The notes under the pieces: generated by a model | Told to the model about the DNA's origin: nothing | Database searches by the model: none | Seen by the model: only the letters and a program-made list of their open reading frames with translations | Position numbers and translations under genes: made by a program | Assembly: GCA_029856365.1 (NCBI GenBank) | Contig: JAHQWW010000011.1 | Span: 1-57,924, forward strand | Length of the DNA: 57,924 bases | Direction of reading: 5' to 3' | Source of the DNA: Candidatus Hodarchaeota archaeon | GTDB taxonomy: Archaea > Asgardarchaeota > Heimdallarchaeia > Hodarchaeales > Hodarchaeaceae | Shown here: positions 38,983-49,706 of the stretch, piece after piece | How positions within the stretch are numbered: the stretch's first letter is position 1 | Layout of the letters: each line of letters begins with the position of its first letter

Positions 38983-40665
38983 TTATAGTGTCTTTTTTTT
39001 TCGGAGGATAGGAAGTAGAACCAAGATCGATATAAGAGCAATAATCCCATTGAATCCAGGAGTTGCTTTAAAATCAGTAGCAGATACATTAATTCCCAAC
39101 TGTAAGTCAGAAGCGTATTCTGAGGTTACATTCACATAAAGAGTGAAGCTATCTGGCATATCCTTTGATAATAATATTGGTAATTTGTTGGTTTTAGTTG
39201 GAAAAAGAGTTCCTATTGAGTCAGGGTAATCTACAATTATATTTTCGTTTGATGCTTGTACTTCTACTTTTGCACTATCACTTGTATTAAAGTATTGAGA
39301 TCCTGACTTCAAAGATATTTCTATTTTATTTTCATTATCTAATTTGATATATTGAGTTTTCTCTACTTCTATTGAAGGAGTTAATGACAACCAATGTTCT
39401 TCAAAATTATAAAGCTTGCGATGAACATTTTCAATCTGGTGTTCTGGAGGATCGAAGAAAACCACATCACTTTCATATATATTGTGTGTGCCATTATTTT
39501 CGTAAAAATGCCAATCATATGTACCGGTCGATTTGTAGATCTCTAGGGTAAGAGGAATGATATGTTGAGTGACGTAATTCCAGTCACTCCAGTCTCCTGC
39601 AACAGTATAATCAACATCAGTGTTTGTTTCATCAAAAAAAACCTCAGGAAGTAATTGTTCACTCTCCCAATTATCTAACATCTTTTCATAAAGAGAACTT
39701 TCAGCTTGTTTTTCATTTGTATATCCCCATCCAAGTATAGGGATAGTTGTACCAGAGTGCAAGCTTGAAGCATGAGCAAATTTATGTTTGACTACAAAAT
39801 CGACTAATGCTTTTGTTTCATTTTCTGATAGAGAAGCATCCCCAGGATAATCTTCAAGTAGTGTATTGCTGGTGCTGCCAGAGTCACATCTGCTGTCATT
39901 CCAGTGGATTGGATAATTCCGATTAAGATCAACTCCTCCACCAGAGTCTTCATCTATCAATCCATCCTGGTCTTCATCACTTCCTTCTAGCCAAGTTTCC
40001 CAACCCCCAGTCTCATACTCTGCTGAATAGATAGAAACATAACCATCTCCATCCGCATCATTAGGGCCATCCTCGTCAATTTTCCCGTCATTATCGTCAT
40101 CAATAGGTCTCATATTTTTACGTTGCCAAGGGTCTTGATATAAAGTGTAATCAAGACTATCTGGATTTAAGGTGACAATAAAGAACACAATTGTACGATC
40201 GAGTAGCTCTCCAATAGATTGATCAGAAGTGAGATAACCATTTACCAAATCACGGATAGTTCGGACTGTATGCTCAATTGTAATTTGTTCTCGTGCGTGA
40301 TGATGAGCCACTACGTAGGTTTTTCCCTTTACATCTTCCATAATTTGTTCATTAGTGAGCGCAATCAACGGAATAGGATTGTTCCAATACGATAAGCCAA
40401 TGAAAGAATAATCAATGAGATTAGAAGCAGTATGGTTAAAATATTCTAATTCAGCATAAAGCTCTGAAAGGTTATGATATTTATCTGGAAATAGTAATTC
40501 CAATGATTCTGCTTTCACAACCGTTGTTTTAGAATAAGGAATTCTTTGCACTTGCAGTTTGAATTCTTGATTCCCGTTGAATGCTGAGCTCGAATAGCAT
40601 GAAAGTGGCAGTAAAATAAGTGTTAAAATCAAGAGTTTTACAAGAGTAGTTCTCAATTCCTTCAT
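38983..40665 (-). CDS. Zinc carboxypeptidase (M14), secreted with PGF-type anchor
   Basis: HHARE (HxxE), NPDS, RKN, GVDLNRNY, LHSG and TLEI, with an acidic DxDxDG insert and the tail TPGFNGIIALISILVLLPILRKKK. Confidence 0.9.
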   Translation of the reverse strand: MKELRTTLVKLLILTLILLPLSCYSSSAFNGNQEFKLQVQRIPYSKTTVVKAESLELLFPDKYHNLSELYAELEYFNHTASNLIDYSFIGLSYWNNPIPLIALTNEQIMEDVKGKTYVVAHHHAREQITIEHTVRTIRDLVNGYLTSDQSIGELLDRTIVFFIVTLNPDSLDYTLYQDPWQRKNMRPIDDDNDGKIDEDGPNDADGDGYVSIYSAEYETGGWETWLEGSDEDQDGLIDEDSGGGVDLNRNYPIHWNDSRCDSGSTSNTLLEDYPGDASLSENETKALVDFVVKHKFAHASSLHSGTTIPILGWGYTNEKQAESSLYEKMLDNWESEQLLPEVFFDETNTDVDYTVAGDWSDWNYVTQHIIPLTLEIYKSTGTYDWHFYENNGTHNIYESDVVFFDPPEHQIENVHRKLYNFEEHWLSLTPSIEVEKTQYIKLDNENKIEISLKSGSQYFNTSDSAKVEVQASNENIIVDYPDSIGTLFPTKTNKLPILLSKDMPDSFTLYVNVTSEYASDLQLGINVSATDFKATPGFNGIIALISILVLLPILRKKKTL

Positions 40666-40881
40666 AGTTCATTCCCAATAGAGTATTTGTTTAGCAAACA
40701 GCCAGAAGTAATCGCTTTAGACAAGTTTTATTTTCATTAAAATTAAGTTAATGCTTCCTGCAATGAAGAAAGTTATTGGTCCCCAAACCATAATTCTGAT
40801 CCTTAGAACTTCTTAAGAAATTGGAAGGGGAAAATAATATCAATTGTTGATAGCATGTGGTGTAACTAAGAGGTTACAGAT

Positions 40882-41430
40882 ATGAAAGTTATAATTGCGT
40901 ATGGAACAAGATATGGTGCGACTCAGGGAGTTGCTGAACGAATGTCTGAATGGCTACATGAAGATAATATTGATTCAGATATTATTAACGTAAAAAAAGA
41001 CTCCTGGCCAGAATTATCACTATACAAAGGATTAATTTTCGGTTCGGGGATCAAAATCGGTCAATGGACAAAAGAAATGAAAAATTTCGTAAAAAAGAAC
41101 AAAGAAGAGATCAATGCGTTAAAGGGGCCAAAAGTATTCTTTGTATGTTCTGGTTATGCAGCCATTCCTGAAAGATATCAGGAGATTAAAGAAGAATATT
41201 GCAAAAAAGTATTGGGAGATTTCGGGGTTACTGTGGACACTTACGAAGCATTTGGTGGAGTGATGAATGTATCATCTGATTCACCTATAGGGTGGTTAGA
41301 CAAGAAAATTTTAAAAGTAGCGGGAAAAGACACCCCTAATTTTGATCCTGATGGCGTCAATGATTCTAGAGATTGGGATAAAATTAAGAAATTTACTCAA
41401 GAATTCATCCAAAGGATAAAAAAAGATTAA
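40882..41430 (+). CDS. Flavodoxin domain protein (HemG/Flavodoxin_5-like)
   Basis: IAYGTRYGAT, FGSGIK.GQW, AFGG and DSRDWDKI. Confidence 0.85.
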   Translation: MKVIIAYGTRYGATQGVAERMSEWLHEDNIDSDIINVKKDSWPELSLYKGLIFGSGIKIGQWTKEMKNFVKKNKEEINALKGPKVFFVCSGYAAIPERYQEIKEEYCKKVLGDFGVTVDTYEAFGGVMNVSSDSPIGWLDKKILKVAGKDTPNFDPDGVNDSRDWDKIKKFTQEFIQRIKKD

Positions 41431-41461
41431 TACATATACTAGAAAAGGAGAATCGTTAAGA

Positions 41462-41983
41462 ATGTCAATAAAAGAATCTGAAGTTATTTCAAATGCTTTC
41501 CAAGAACAATATGGAGCTGCCATTAAAATGTTAGAGCAGGTGATCAAAAATTGTCCTGAAGAAATCTGGGATGATCGAACTAGTGGTCCTCCATTCTGGC
41601 AGGTCGCATTTCATGCCATGTGGTTTTTAGACTGGTATCTAGGAAGATCTAAAGATGAACGTAAAAAATTCAGACCAGGGTTCAAAGCTGATTTGAAAAA
41701 TTTAAAAGAGTTACCAAAGGAAACACTAACTCGTGAACAATTAATATCATATCTATCTAAGATAAAAGAGAAAGGTAAACAGAGACTGGATCAACTAACT
41801 CTGGAAGAATTAATACAACCATCTGTGTTCGAATGGCATGGGGGTAGTATTCACAGTTCCTTGATATATAACATTCGACATGTTATGCTTCACATAGGCG
41901 CTCTTAATTTGAGACTCCTTAGAAAAGGTATAAATTTGGACAATTGGGTAAGTCATGCTCCAATTTTGCCAAATAAGAGATGA
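41462..41983 (+). CDS. DinB family protein
   Basis: CPEEIW, FWQVAFHAM and YNIRHVMLHIGAL. Confidence 0.82.
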   Translation: MSIKESEVISNAFQEQYGAAIKMLEQVIKNCPEEIWDDRTSGPPFWQVAFHAMWFLDWYLGRSKDERKKFRPGFKADLKNLKELPKETLTREQLISYLSKIKEKGKQRLDQLTLEELIQPSVFEWHGGSIHSSLIYNIRHVMLHIGALNLRLLRKGINLDNWVSHAPILPNKR

Positions 41984-41997
41984 TTGATGATCTCAAT

Positions 41998-42528
41998 TCA
42001 CTCATTCTTTTGAATATATAAGTTAATGGCTTCAATAATAATTCTCTGTGCTTCTTCTTTATCGGCCCAACCCATGATTTCTGTTGTTTTTCCCCGTTCT
42101 AACTGTTTGTATGTATTGAAAAATTCTTCGATTTCTCGCCTTAGATGTTTAGGGATTGAACTTATAGATTGAATTTCTTCCATACGGGGATCATCAGTTG
42201 GAACTGCGATAATCTTATCATCTTTTCCTTTTTCGTCTTTCATATTTAAAACAGCGATTGGTCTAGCGATTAGAATACATCCAGGGATTAATTCAATCCC
42301 AGAACTCAATGGTACTAATACATCTAAAGGATCGCCATCTTTACAAAGAGTTTGAGGAATGAAACCATAAGCTGCAGGATAAACCACGCTAGAATGTAAA
42401 ATTCTATCCACAAAGATGACGTTAAAGCTTTTATCATACTCATATTTAACTTTTGAACCAGAAGGTATTTCAATTCGAACATAAATCTTCTCTGGGGGAT
42501 TTGGACCTGGAGGAATGTTTTCATTCAA
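41998..42528 (-). CDS. ppa: Inorganic pyrophosphatase (family I)
   Basis: IEIP.GS.VKYE, DRIL, YGFIPQTL..DGDPLDV, D.K.IAV and FF..YKQLE.GK. Confidence 0.96.
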   Translation of the reverse strand: MNENIPPGPNPPEKIYVRIEIPSGSKVKYEYDKSFNVIFVDRILHSSVVYPAAYGFIPQTLCKDGDPLDVLVPLSSGIELIPGCILIARPIAVLNMKDEKGKDDKIIAVPTDDPRMEEIQSISSIPKHLRREIEEFFNTYKQLERGKTTEIMGWADKEEAQRIIIEAINLYIQKNE

Positions 42529-42629
42529 AGGTTATCCTTCCTTTATTGAAGATCTTTGGTTGAATATCTGTATATATAATACTTGGATTAATAGTTAGTT
42601 ACATGGTATTTAGTTCCAAGACCAAAATA

Positions 42630-43880
42630 TCACTTAAATGATTGTATATCTTCTTTTTTTCCATTTTTGACAAAGAAAATAGAAATAACGATCATTATTA
42701 ATGAGAAAAAAGCAGAAATCCAAAAATTGAATCTGAATGTTTCTTGTAATCCAGCAAACATCCCTCCAAGAGTCGAGCCCAATGCATAACCAAGATTCTG
42801 ACTGGCTCCAAAGATCCCCATAAAAGTACCACGTTTAGACTCTGAAATATGATCTGCAACGAGTGCAGGGCCTGCAATAAGAATTCCAACATAGACTGGC
42901 CATGTATAGGTGATTGCTGGGAGGATATAATTATTTGGCGATAAAATGAAACTTCCCCACACAAATAGATATCCAATGTAGCAAACAATGAGTATTTCCT
43001 TGAATCCTCTTTTTTCTCCAATCTTTCCTGCATAATGCGATGCTATTGTGCCTGTTAATGTAGCTGTTCCAAAAACTATCCCAATTAATAAGGCGGGAGT
43101 ATGGAGTTCATCAAGAAAGTATATTGAGACAAACATAGCCGAAAAACCACTTTGAAAACCATGTAAAATGGCAATTAAGAAAATTACGACAAGGATTTTT
43201 TTAGAAAAAAGAAGAGATATTGTGCTAAGGGGAGTAGAGGTGTTTAGATGAGGATTATTTTCTGATAACTCCTTTGGGGGGGACTCCCGTAAATCATGAG
43301 AGAAAAAGGAAATTATTAAGCCTAAAATACATGCGCCTAATGATAAAAAAAACAATATATTCATTCCCAAAGGTTCATATAAAAATCCTGACACCACAGT
43401 ACCAAAAAAATATCCTAGTGATGTTGACGCCACTAAAGAACCAAAAATATCCTCTTTATTTGTTAAACTAGCATATTTCAATACAGCAGGAGAAAAACAA
43501 GCGAGTAAGCTATTAATTACTACATAATCAATGAAAAAAAGCAATGGATCACTAATCACTATTACGGTTAAGAAAAAGACAAGAAAAATAAGAAAGCCGG
43601 TCAACATCATTGCTTTAGGTCCGATTTTATCTACAATCCATCCAAAAATGAAAATTGAAAATATCATAGAAATAAAAGGTAAACCATTAAGTAAGCCAGT
43701 AAGAAAATAATCCCCATTCGAAAGCTCAAAGAAATATGGACTAATAAAAGGTTGAACTAATCCCCAGGGAATTGTCCAAATCAAGTTCAACACTAAAACT
43801 GATGCTACATTTCGATCTAGGGAGCTGGGGATGAGATGAACAGATCGAAGATTAAATGATCGCGTCATGTTTCTTCTCAA
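42630..43880 (-). CDS. MFS transporter (12 TM)
   Basis: Motif A GWIVDKIGPK, second-half GKIGEKRGFK, and KRGTFMG. Confidence 0.88.
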   Translation of the reverse strand: MRRNMTRSFNLRSVHLIPSSLDRNVASVLVLNLIWTIPWGLVQPFISPYFFELSNGDYFLTGLLNGLPFISMIFSIFIFGWIVDKIGPKAMMLTGFLIFLVFFLTVIVISDPLLFFIDYVVINSLLACFSPAVLKYASLTNKEDIFGSLVASTSLGYFFGTVVSGFLYEPLGMNILFFLSLGACILGLIISFFSHDLRESPPKELSENNPHLNTSTPLSTISLLFSKKILVVIFLIAILHGFQSGFSAMFVSIYFLDELHTPALLIGIVFGTATLTGTIASHYAGKIGEKRGFKEILIVCYIGYLFVWGSFILSPNNYILPAITYTWPVYVGILIAGPALVADHISESKRGTFMGIFGASQNLGYALGSTLGGMFAGLQETFRFNFWISAFFSLIMIVISIFFVKNGKKEDIQSFK

Positions 43881-44010
43881 TCACAAATTTTAATTTAACT
43901 AAGTTTCTACGAAAGCAGTTAATAAGCGAAATTTTTTTGGCAAAAGTCCTTCGATTCCAAGGTGACTACAATGCAAAGCCTTTCTAATATTAAATTCAAC
44001 TATAAGGTTA

Positions 44011-45417
44011 TCACTTGACACTTTTTGATCCTAAATTCTTCAATAGCATCATTGAAGTTATCACTCCCTTTTCAAACCATTCAAGCATTAAATTCTCATT
44101 TGGTGCATGGTTTCCCTGATCAGGTTGAGCAAAAGGTATGATGTACATTGGTTTTCTAATGTATTGGAAAAGATTGTAAAGGGGTAGACTTCCTCCTAAT
44201 AAGGGAATTTTCACCGGTGTTTCTCCAAATCCTTCAGTAATTGATTGAGCTAATATTTTAGTCCAGGAAAGATCTAAAGATGTATAAATCGGTGCAAAAC
44301 CAGCCTCAAAAGTTACATCACACCTATTAATCATTAATTTCCATCTATTTGACCTTGTTTTCAATTGTTCCATATGGTTTATTAACAGATCTTGGATTTG
44401 AGTAGGTTGTTGGTGGGGAACTAATCTGAAATCTAATTCAACCACAGCATCTTTTGGAATAATGGTTTTAGCATGTTCTCGGATATTGCCTGCGTGAAAA
44501 CCTCGAATATTAATCGTGGGTCGAAACATCACTCGATGTACAAGTGGAACATCCTGTTCTCCTCCGAAGTAACTAATCCCGAGAAATTTTTGATACATTT
44601 CGGGAGTTCGGTTTAATTCTTCAGCAGCTTTTAGCGCTCCTTCATCTGGAGAAAAAACCTTATTGTAAAATCCTTTAATTAGACATTTACCATTATCATC
44701 AACCATCGTTTGAAGAATACTCATTAAATCAATAGCAGGGTTGGGTTGTATTCCTCCAAAATTCCCCGAATGGACGTCATTGGAGGCAGAATTTAAGTAT
44801 ATCTGTGCAGTTACAATCCCTCTCGCACCAAAACATAAAGTGGGTTTCCAGGAAGGGTCAGCAGGACCATCGGAGACAAAAACCAAATCAATATCAGAAA
44901 AGAACTCTTTCTCTTGAATGAGAGCTTCATCTAAGTTGGGAGACCCAATTTCTTCTTCTCCATCAAAGAGAAATTTCACTCGAAGACCAAGTTTTGAAAA
45001 TTTTGTTATACATTCGATTGCGATAAGATGAGCAAAGAATTGACCTTTATTGTCTCCTACTCCTCTGGCATATATCCGATCATCACGGATTTCTGGCTCA
45101 AATGGTGGAGAGATCCATTGATCTAAGGGTTCAGGTGATTGAACATCATAATGTCCATAAATTAGTACAGTTGGACTTTTAACTGTATTTTCTTCGTCTG
45201 AAGTTTTTGGTTTCCATTCTGCAAGTATGATTGGATTACCTAATGTCCTAATGATTTTGAGACTACTAGCTGAAGCCTCCAATCGTCTTTTTAGCCAAAG
45301 TGCTGCCTCTTCTACAGCTGCTTTATTATTAGAAATACTTGGTATTCTAAGAAAATGGAATAAATCATCTAGAAAACCCTGTTTATGATCGATGAAATAA
45401 TCTACTACTTTTGACAC
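44011..45417 (-). CDS. M20 family metallopeptidase (dipeptidase-like)
   Basis: YGHYDVQ, ARGVGDNKG, GEEEIGS, DVHSG.FGG and HAPNEN. Confidence 0.93.
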   Translation of the reverse strand: MSKVVDYFIDHKQGFLDDLFHFLRIPSISNNKAAVEEAALWLKRRLEASASSLKIIRTLGNPIILAEWKPKTSDEENTVKSPTVLIYGHYDVQSPEPLDQWISPPFEPEIRDDRIYARGVGDNKGQFFAHLIAIECITKFSKLGLRVKFLFDGEEEIGSPNLDEALIQEKEFFSDIDLVFVSDGPADPSWKPTLCFGARGIVTAQIYLNSASNDVHSGNFGGIQPNPAIDLMSILQTMVDDNGKCLIKGFYNKVFSPDEGALKAAEELNRTPEMYQKFLGISYFGGEQDVPLVHRVMFRPTINIRGFHAGNIREHAKTIIPKDAVVELDFRLVPHQQPTQIQDLLINHMEQLKTRSNRWKLMINRCDVTFEAGFAPIYTSLDLSWTKILAQSITEGFGETPVKIPLLGGSLPLYNLFQYIRKPMYIIPFAQPDQGNHAPNENLMLEWFEKGVITSMMLLKNLGSKSVK

Positions 45418-45962
45418 TAGAACCTCACCCTGAAAGAATTTTTAATCAAGGCTTTTTAACTTCATACTGGAAATTCATTTGATAAAAAGGAATAATTTAT
45501 GCAGGGGCTATTATTCATTCAATCAAACATTCAAAATAATTAAATTAAAATTAAAATCTTTACGAGTGATCTGAATAAAATCAATTTATGAGCTTAAGAT
45601 AAGAGTAATTGTGCATCTATCCGAATGTTTATATATGACGATAATTGCGGAACTATTGCAATCAACGAAAGTACAGGAGATTTAATTGACAATTTCAAAA
45701 ATAGACAGGAAATCAAATAATATAGATGAGCTAATCCAAATTCTTAAATATCTTCATTATGATGGGACTGTTACCTATACAAATCGTGAAACAATGGAAC
45801 AGCTAACCCAAAAAGCTTAACCACCAATCATCGATTCAATAACCTTTTCTATAATTACTTTTTATATTTAGAAATTCTTAATCTAAATTCTTTCACCCAT
45901 TATTGTTTAGGAAAAAGACTCGACAGGAAGTTTCTTCCCTTTTTATGACTGGAATAGTAATT

Positions 45963-46073
45963 TTATTTTTCATTTTGTCGTTTGCTTTTCCTGGGATCTT
46001 TCTTTTTTGCTTTCCAGGCAGGCGGCATCATTCCTTGGAAATTGGCACATAATTGAGGCTCGGGTCTATTCAT
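45963..46073 (-). CDS. Candidate small basic protein (36 aa), absent from the ORF track
   Basis: MNRPEPQLCANFQGMMPPAWKAKKKDPRKSKRQNEK*, with GAGGA and TTATAA shortly upstream. Confidence 0.35.
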   Translation of the reverse strand: MNRPEPQLCANFQGMMPPAWKAKKKDPRKSKRQNEK

Positions 46074-46365
46074 TATGGTTTTGTTCCTCATTGATTATAA
46101 TTGAGTACTTTAGTCGAAAATAGGCACAGACTTTATCTTTGTATATCAACTTCATCAAAAAAGGAGTCTTTCCAGCAATATCAATAGAATCTAGAGAAAC
46201 GAAAAAAGAAGGCATCCATTTGTCGACAAATTGAATATAAGGCGATCAACAGAATAAAAGAATATTATCATGGAGGGAAGGTATAAAATTTCACATAGAA
46301 ATAAACAATTCTCAAGAGAATTCCCCAGAGAATGTTACTTTCGATTTTAATGATTATAAATATGA

Positions 46366-48201
46366 GTGATGAAGTTGTCAAAAAAACTAGATGAACTATT
46401 AGATATATTTGGAATTCCAGATCTTATCTTGCATGATGTAGCAAAATCGGGTTCATTTCTTTTAGTGATAAGTAATAAGAATGATGTCCATCAAGTATTT
46501 AAGGTAGATTTAAACAGCTTAAATAATTGGATCAATCTTACAAATGTAGGAGAACGTATTACAACTGGAGATTTATCTCCTGATGATTCCAAATTTGTCT
46601 TTCCCAAAGAACAAGGGGGAAATGAGAAACACGATTTATATATAACTGATATCAAAACTGAAAACCCTTCAGTATTACTAAAGCTTGATTCTATAAGAGT
46701 GTTAACCCCAAAATGGACTCCTGATGGTCAAGCTGTACTATTTGACGGATCATCTGAGATGGATATTTGTTTATGGAGATATGTTATCGCTACGGAAACA
46801 CTGGATATTGTGTATCAAACGAAGCAACTACATTTCCCGTTTCAAGTAAATCCACACAACAGCGTAGTTTCTTGGTCTGAAATCAAAGCCGATAATCCTA
46901 CTGCTTCAAGAATTAAGATAATCAATTATCAAACTGGGGAAGTAGATACTGAAATTCAAGCCTCAACTGACAGTATGAATTACTCAATCGCATGGAGTGA
47001 AGACGGAGAAAAGTTATTATTTTCAACAAATGCTCCAGGAGATCCAACATTAGCAGTATGGCAAAGTTTAGATAATTCTATCACTTATTTACAAAGCACC
47101 AAATTAGACCTCGGAATCGATTATACTTCTGCTACTTGGGTTCCAGGGAAGGAAGAAATAGTTTATGCTGCTAAGAAGAATGGATCAACCAAGCTTTATA
47201 TAGAGAATTGGCAGAATGAAGAACCACCACAGGAGCTCCCCATTCCGGATGGTTGGGTTGAACCGATTCGAAGAGTGAAAGGAAATTCAGAGATGCTTTA
47301 TTTAGCTTGGTCGAATCTAGGTACACCAACCCGAATTTTTGAATATAATATAATAAAAAAAGACTTTAGATTGCTTATTGACAGTAAACCACAGAGTCTT
47401 TCTCACCCATTATCTTCAGGTAAGTTATTCACATATCCCACTTTCGACTCAAGAGATATTCCAGCATTTCTCGTTTCTCCATCCGCTGATCGACAATTAC
47501 CTGGCAAGCCCTGCATAGTACTAATACATGGAGGCCCTTCATGGGAGTTTTCTCAAGATTGGCAAGCTATGGGGAATGTTATTCAATTATATGCAGGAGC
47601 TGGATTTACTGTCCTATGTCCAAACATTCGAGGAAGTACAGGTTACGGAAAGGAATTTTTAGAGTTAAATCTAGGAGATCTTGGAGGAGGTGACTTAAAA
47701 GATGTACTTTATGCCCGTGATTACCTATTGAAATTATATCCAGAGAATAAAGTGATATTCCTCACTGGTGCAAGTTATGGTGGCTTTATGACATATCTAA
47801 CTATAACAAAACATCCTAATCTGTTTGCTGCTGGTGCAGCGGTTGTTGGTATAACAGATTGGTTTGAAATGCACAGATTAGGAGACCAAGTATTTAAATC
47901 ATTTACAGAACGATGTTTCCTTGGCTCCCCTGAGGAGAAAACGGAGTTATATAAGGATAGATCAGCTATTAATTTTGTAGAAAATCTTGCAGATCCTCTC
48001 TATATTGTTCATAGAGCGAATGATTCTCGTTGTCCCATTGAACCTATCTATACTTTCGTTGGGAAAGCACTGTCATTGAAGAAAGATGTGAAAATTTATG
48101 TAGAACGAGAAGCTGGGCATGGATTTCAGAAAGCTGAGCATCTTAAAAAGCAATATGGGGGTATTGTAGAATTCTTTCTCAAGATCACAGAAAAGACTTG
48201 A
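46366..48201 (+). CDS. S9 family peptidase (acylaminoacyl/dipeptidyl peptidase, beta-propeller plus hydrolase)
   Basis: IHGGP, PNIRGSTGYG, nucleophile GASYGG, NDSRCP and EAGHGF. Confidence 0.93.
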   Translation: MMKLSKKLDELLDIFGIPDLILHDVAKSGSFLLVISNKNDVHQVFKVDLNSLNNWINLTNVGERITTGDLSPDDSKFVFPKEQGGNEKHDLYITDIKTENPSVLLKLDSIRVLTPKWTPDGQAVLFDGSSEMDICLWRYVIATETLDIVYQTKQLHFPFQVNPHNSVVSWSEIKADNPTASRIKIINYQTGEVDTEIQASTDSMNYSIAWSEDGEKLLFSTNAPGDPTLAVWQSLDNSITYLQSTKLDLGIDYTSATWVPGKEEIVYAAKKNGSTKLYIENWQNEEPPQELPIPDGWVEPIRRVKGNSEMLYLAWSNLGTPTRIFEYNIIKKDFRLLIDSKPQSLSHPLSSGKLFTYPTFDSRDIPAFLVSPSADRQLPGKPCIVLIHGGPSWEFSQDWQAMGNVIQLYAGAGFTVLCPNIRGSTGYGKEFLELNLGDLGGGDLKDVLYARDYLLKLYPENKVIFLTGASYGGFMTYLTITKHPNLFAAGAAVVGITDWFEMHRLGDQVFKSFTERCFLGSPEEKTELYKDRSAINFVENLADPLYIVHRANDSRCPIEPIYTFVGKALSLKKDVKIYVEREAGHGFQKAEHLKKQYGGIVEFFLKITEKT

Positions 48202-48323
48202 TTCACATCCTTATAGCGAATGAAGCTAAAAGAGCCCCTATTCTAGGGTACAACGGGCCGATAGATAATAACAATAGATTGATCAGTCTAATGTCTATGG
48301 AATGATAAATAGGATTTGAAAAT

Positions 48324-48955
48324 ATGTCACTCGCAAACAGAATCGCCTTATGGGCTGCCAAATTACGGGATATCTGTGCTTTGGGTCAGGAATTTTCAAG
48401 CGATTTTTATGATCAAGAATGATATCGAAAGATCCAAGAAATTGTAACAGAAATGCTTGCATTTTCCTTGAACGCGTTGGATTCAGAGTTAGAACAAATT
48501 AAAGCTCCCTATTTATCGCGACCTACTCCTTTAGTAGGGGTGATGGAGCTGTTATTGACAATGAGGGCAGAATTCTGTTAATTCAAAGATCAGATAATAA
48601 AATGTGGGCAATGCCTGGTGGGTTATTTGAAGTAGGAGAGACTCCAGCTGAAGGAGTATTAAGAGAGGTTCTTGAAGAAACAGGGGTGAGAAGTGAGGTT
48701 GTTGCTTTGATTGGAATCTTTGATTCTAGATTGTGTGGTACTGCCTTTCCCCTTCATTTGTATCATATTATGTTTTTATGTAATCCATGCGTAGATGAAG
48801 AATCACTCGTTCCCTCTCATAAACATGAATCAGGGGATATTAAATGGTTTAACAAGCACTCTTTATCACCAAATATAGATTCTGGACATGTTTCACGCAT
48901 ACCTGAAGCGTTTCGTGTTTGGGAGGGTGATCTTAGGGCTTATTTTGATGAATAG
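48324..48955 (+). pseudogene. Disrupted NUDIX hydrolase with Nudix_N domain (YjhB-like)
   Basis: From ATG 48324: MSLANRIALWAAKLRDICALGQEFSSDFYDQE*YRKIQE, with TGA at 48420-48422. A one-base shift at GGGG 48537-48540 joins TPLVG to DGAVIDNEGRILLIQRSDNKMWAMPGG and the Nudix box REVLEETG. Confidence 0.85.
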
Positions 48956-49014
48956 AGGATAGTTGTCGAAAAAGTGAGGATTTTTCCTCAATAGGAATGT
49001 TTTTTAAGAGTAAT

Positions 49015-49047
49015 TAATATTTATCTATTTGAAATAGACAAATATTA
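49015..49047. promoter_or_regulatory. 33-bp palindromic operator
   Basis: TAATATTTaTCTATTTgAAATAGAcAAATATTA has 15 of 16 arm pairs. It lies between TTTTTAA (about 49000) and the start of the HTH gene. Confidence 0.75.
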
Positions 49048-49048
49048 C

Positions 49049-49693
49049 TTGGTGCTTATCTTGCGAATATGGAAACCAGATTATCAGCAATTCCAAGAAT
49101 TGTTCGCAAATGACTATTGTCTGAAAATATTAACCTTAATAACTCAAAAAAACCAATTAAAAGAGTTTCCATGTGCCAATAATATAGCTAAGATTTTAGG
49201 TATTCACATTAGCACCGCGACGAAATACCTAGACCTCTTATGCAATCACGAGTTCATAGATAAAGAACAATTCATTGATAGACCCGGAAAACCAACTTAC
49301 TATAAATTAAGGAGTTTAAATATCTCAATCAATTTAGATTTGCGTTTTATGAATCAAACATTACAAAAAATCTCTGATATTACGTCATTGCCTAATCCAC
49401 TTCTTCGAGAGAAAGCTAATCCTAGGGTTGATTATTATCTTGATAAAGAAGGTCTTATCACAAGAATTGTTGTCAAGAAAAAGACAAAAGCTAGACGAAT
49501 TATAAAGCGTAAATTCACTCTTTCTAAAAATGAAAGTAATTTTATGAAGTACATTCCACATCCAAAGATGGAAACAAAGCAATTTACCGAAGTTTGCGCT
49601 CAGGCTGGCGTTAATGATTTCTTTACTCTAAAAGAATTGTATAATTTCCTTCAGAAGCTAGAAAAGTACCAAATAATTGAGTTAGAGAAATAA
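49049..49693 (+). CDS. Winged-HTH (ArsR-like) transcriptional regulator with C-terminal domain
   Basis: LKILTLI..ANNIAKILGIHISTATKYLDLL..GKPTYYKL. The real start may be TTG 49061. Confidence 0.8.
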   Translation: MVLILRIWKPDYQQFQELFANDYCLKILTLITQKNQLKEFPCANNIAKILGIHISTATKYLDLLCNHEFIDKEQFIDRPGKPTYYKLRSLNISINLDLRFMNQTLQKISDITSLPNPLLREKANPRVDYYLDKEGLITRIVVKKKTKARRIIKRKFTLSKNESNFMKYIPHPKMETKQFTEVCAQAGVNDFFTLKELYNFLQKLEKYQIIELEK

Positions 49694-49706
49694 AGGGGAT
49701 AATAGA

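Noticed and set aside
40838-40852. TATCAA-N3-TTGATA palindrome before the flavodoxin gene
   Set aside because: The arms are only 6 bp in AT-rich DNA and I saw no second copy, so it is too weak to call.
48420-48422. In-frame TGA as selenocysteine
   Set aside because: The position corresponds to Arg in the Nudix_N D-x-E-R-Y motif, not Cys, and the gene also has a frameshift.
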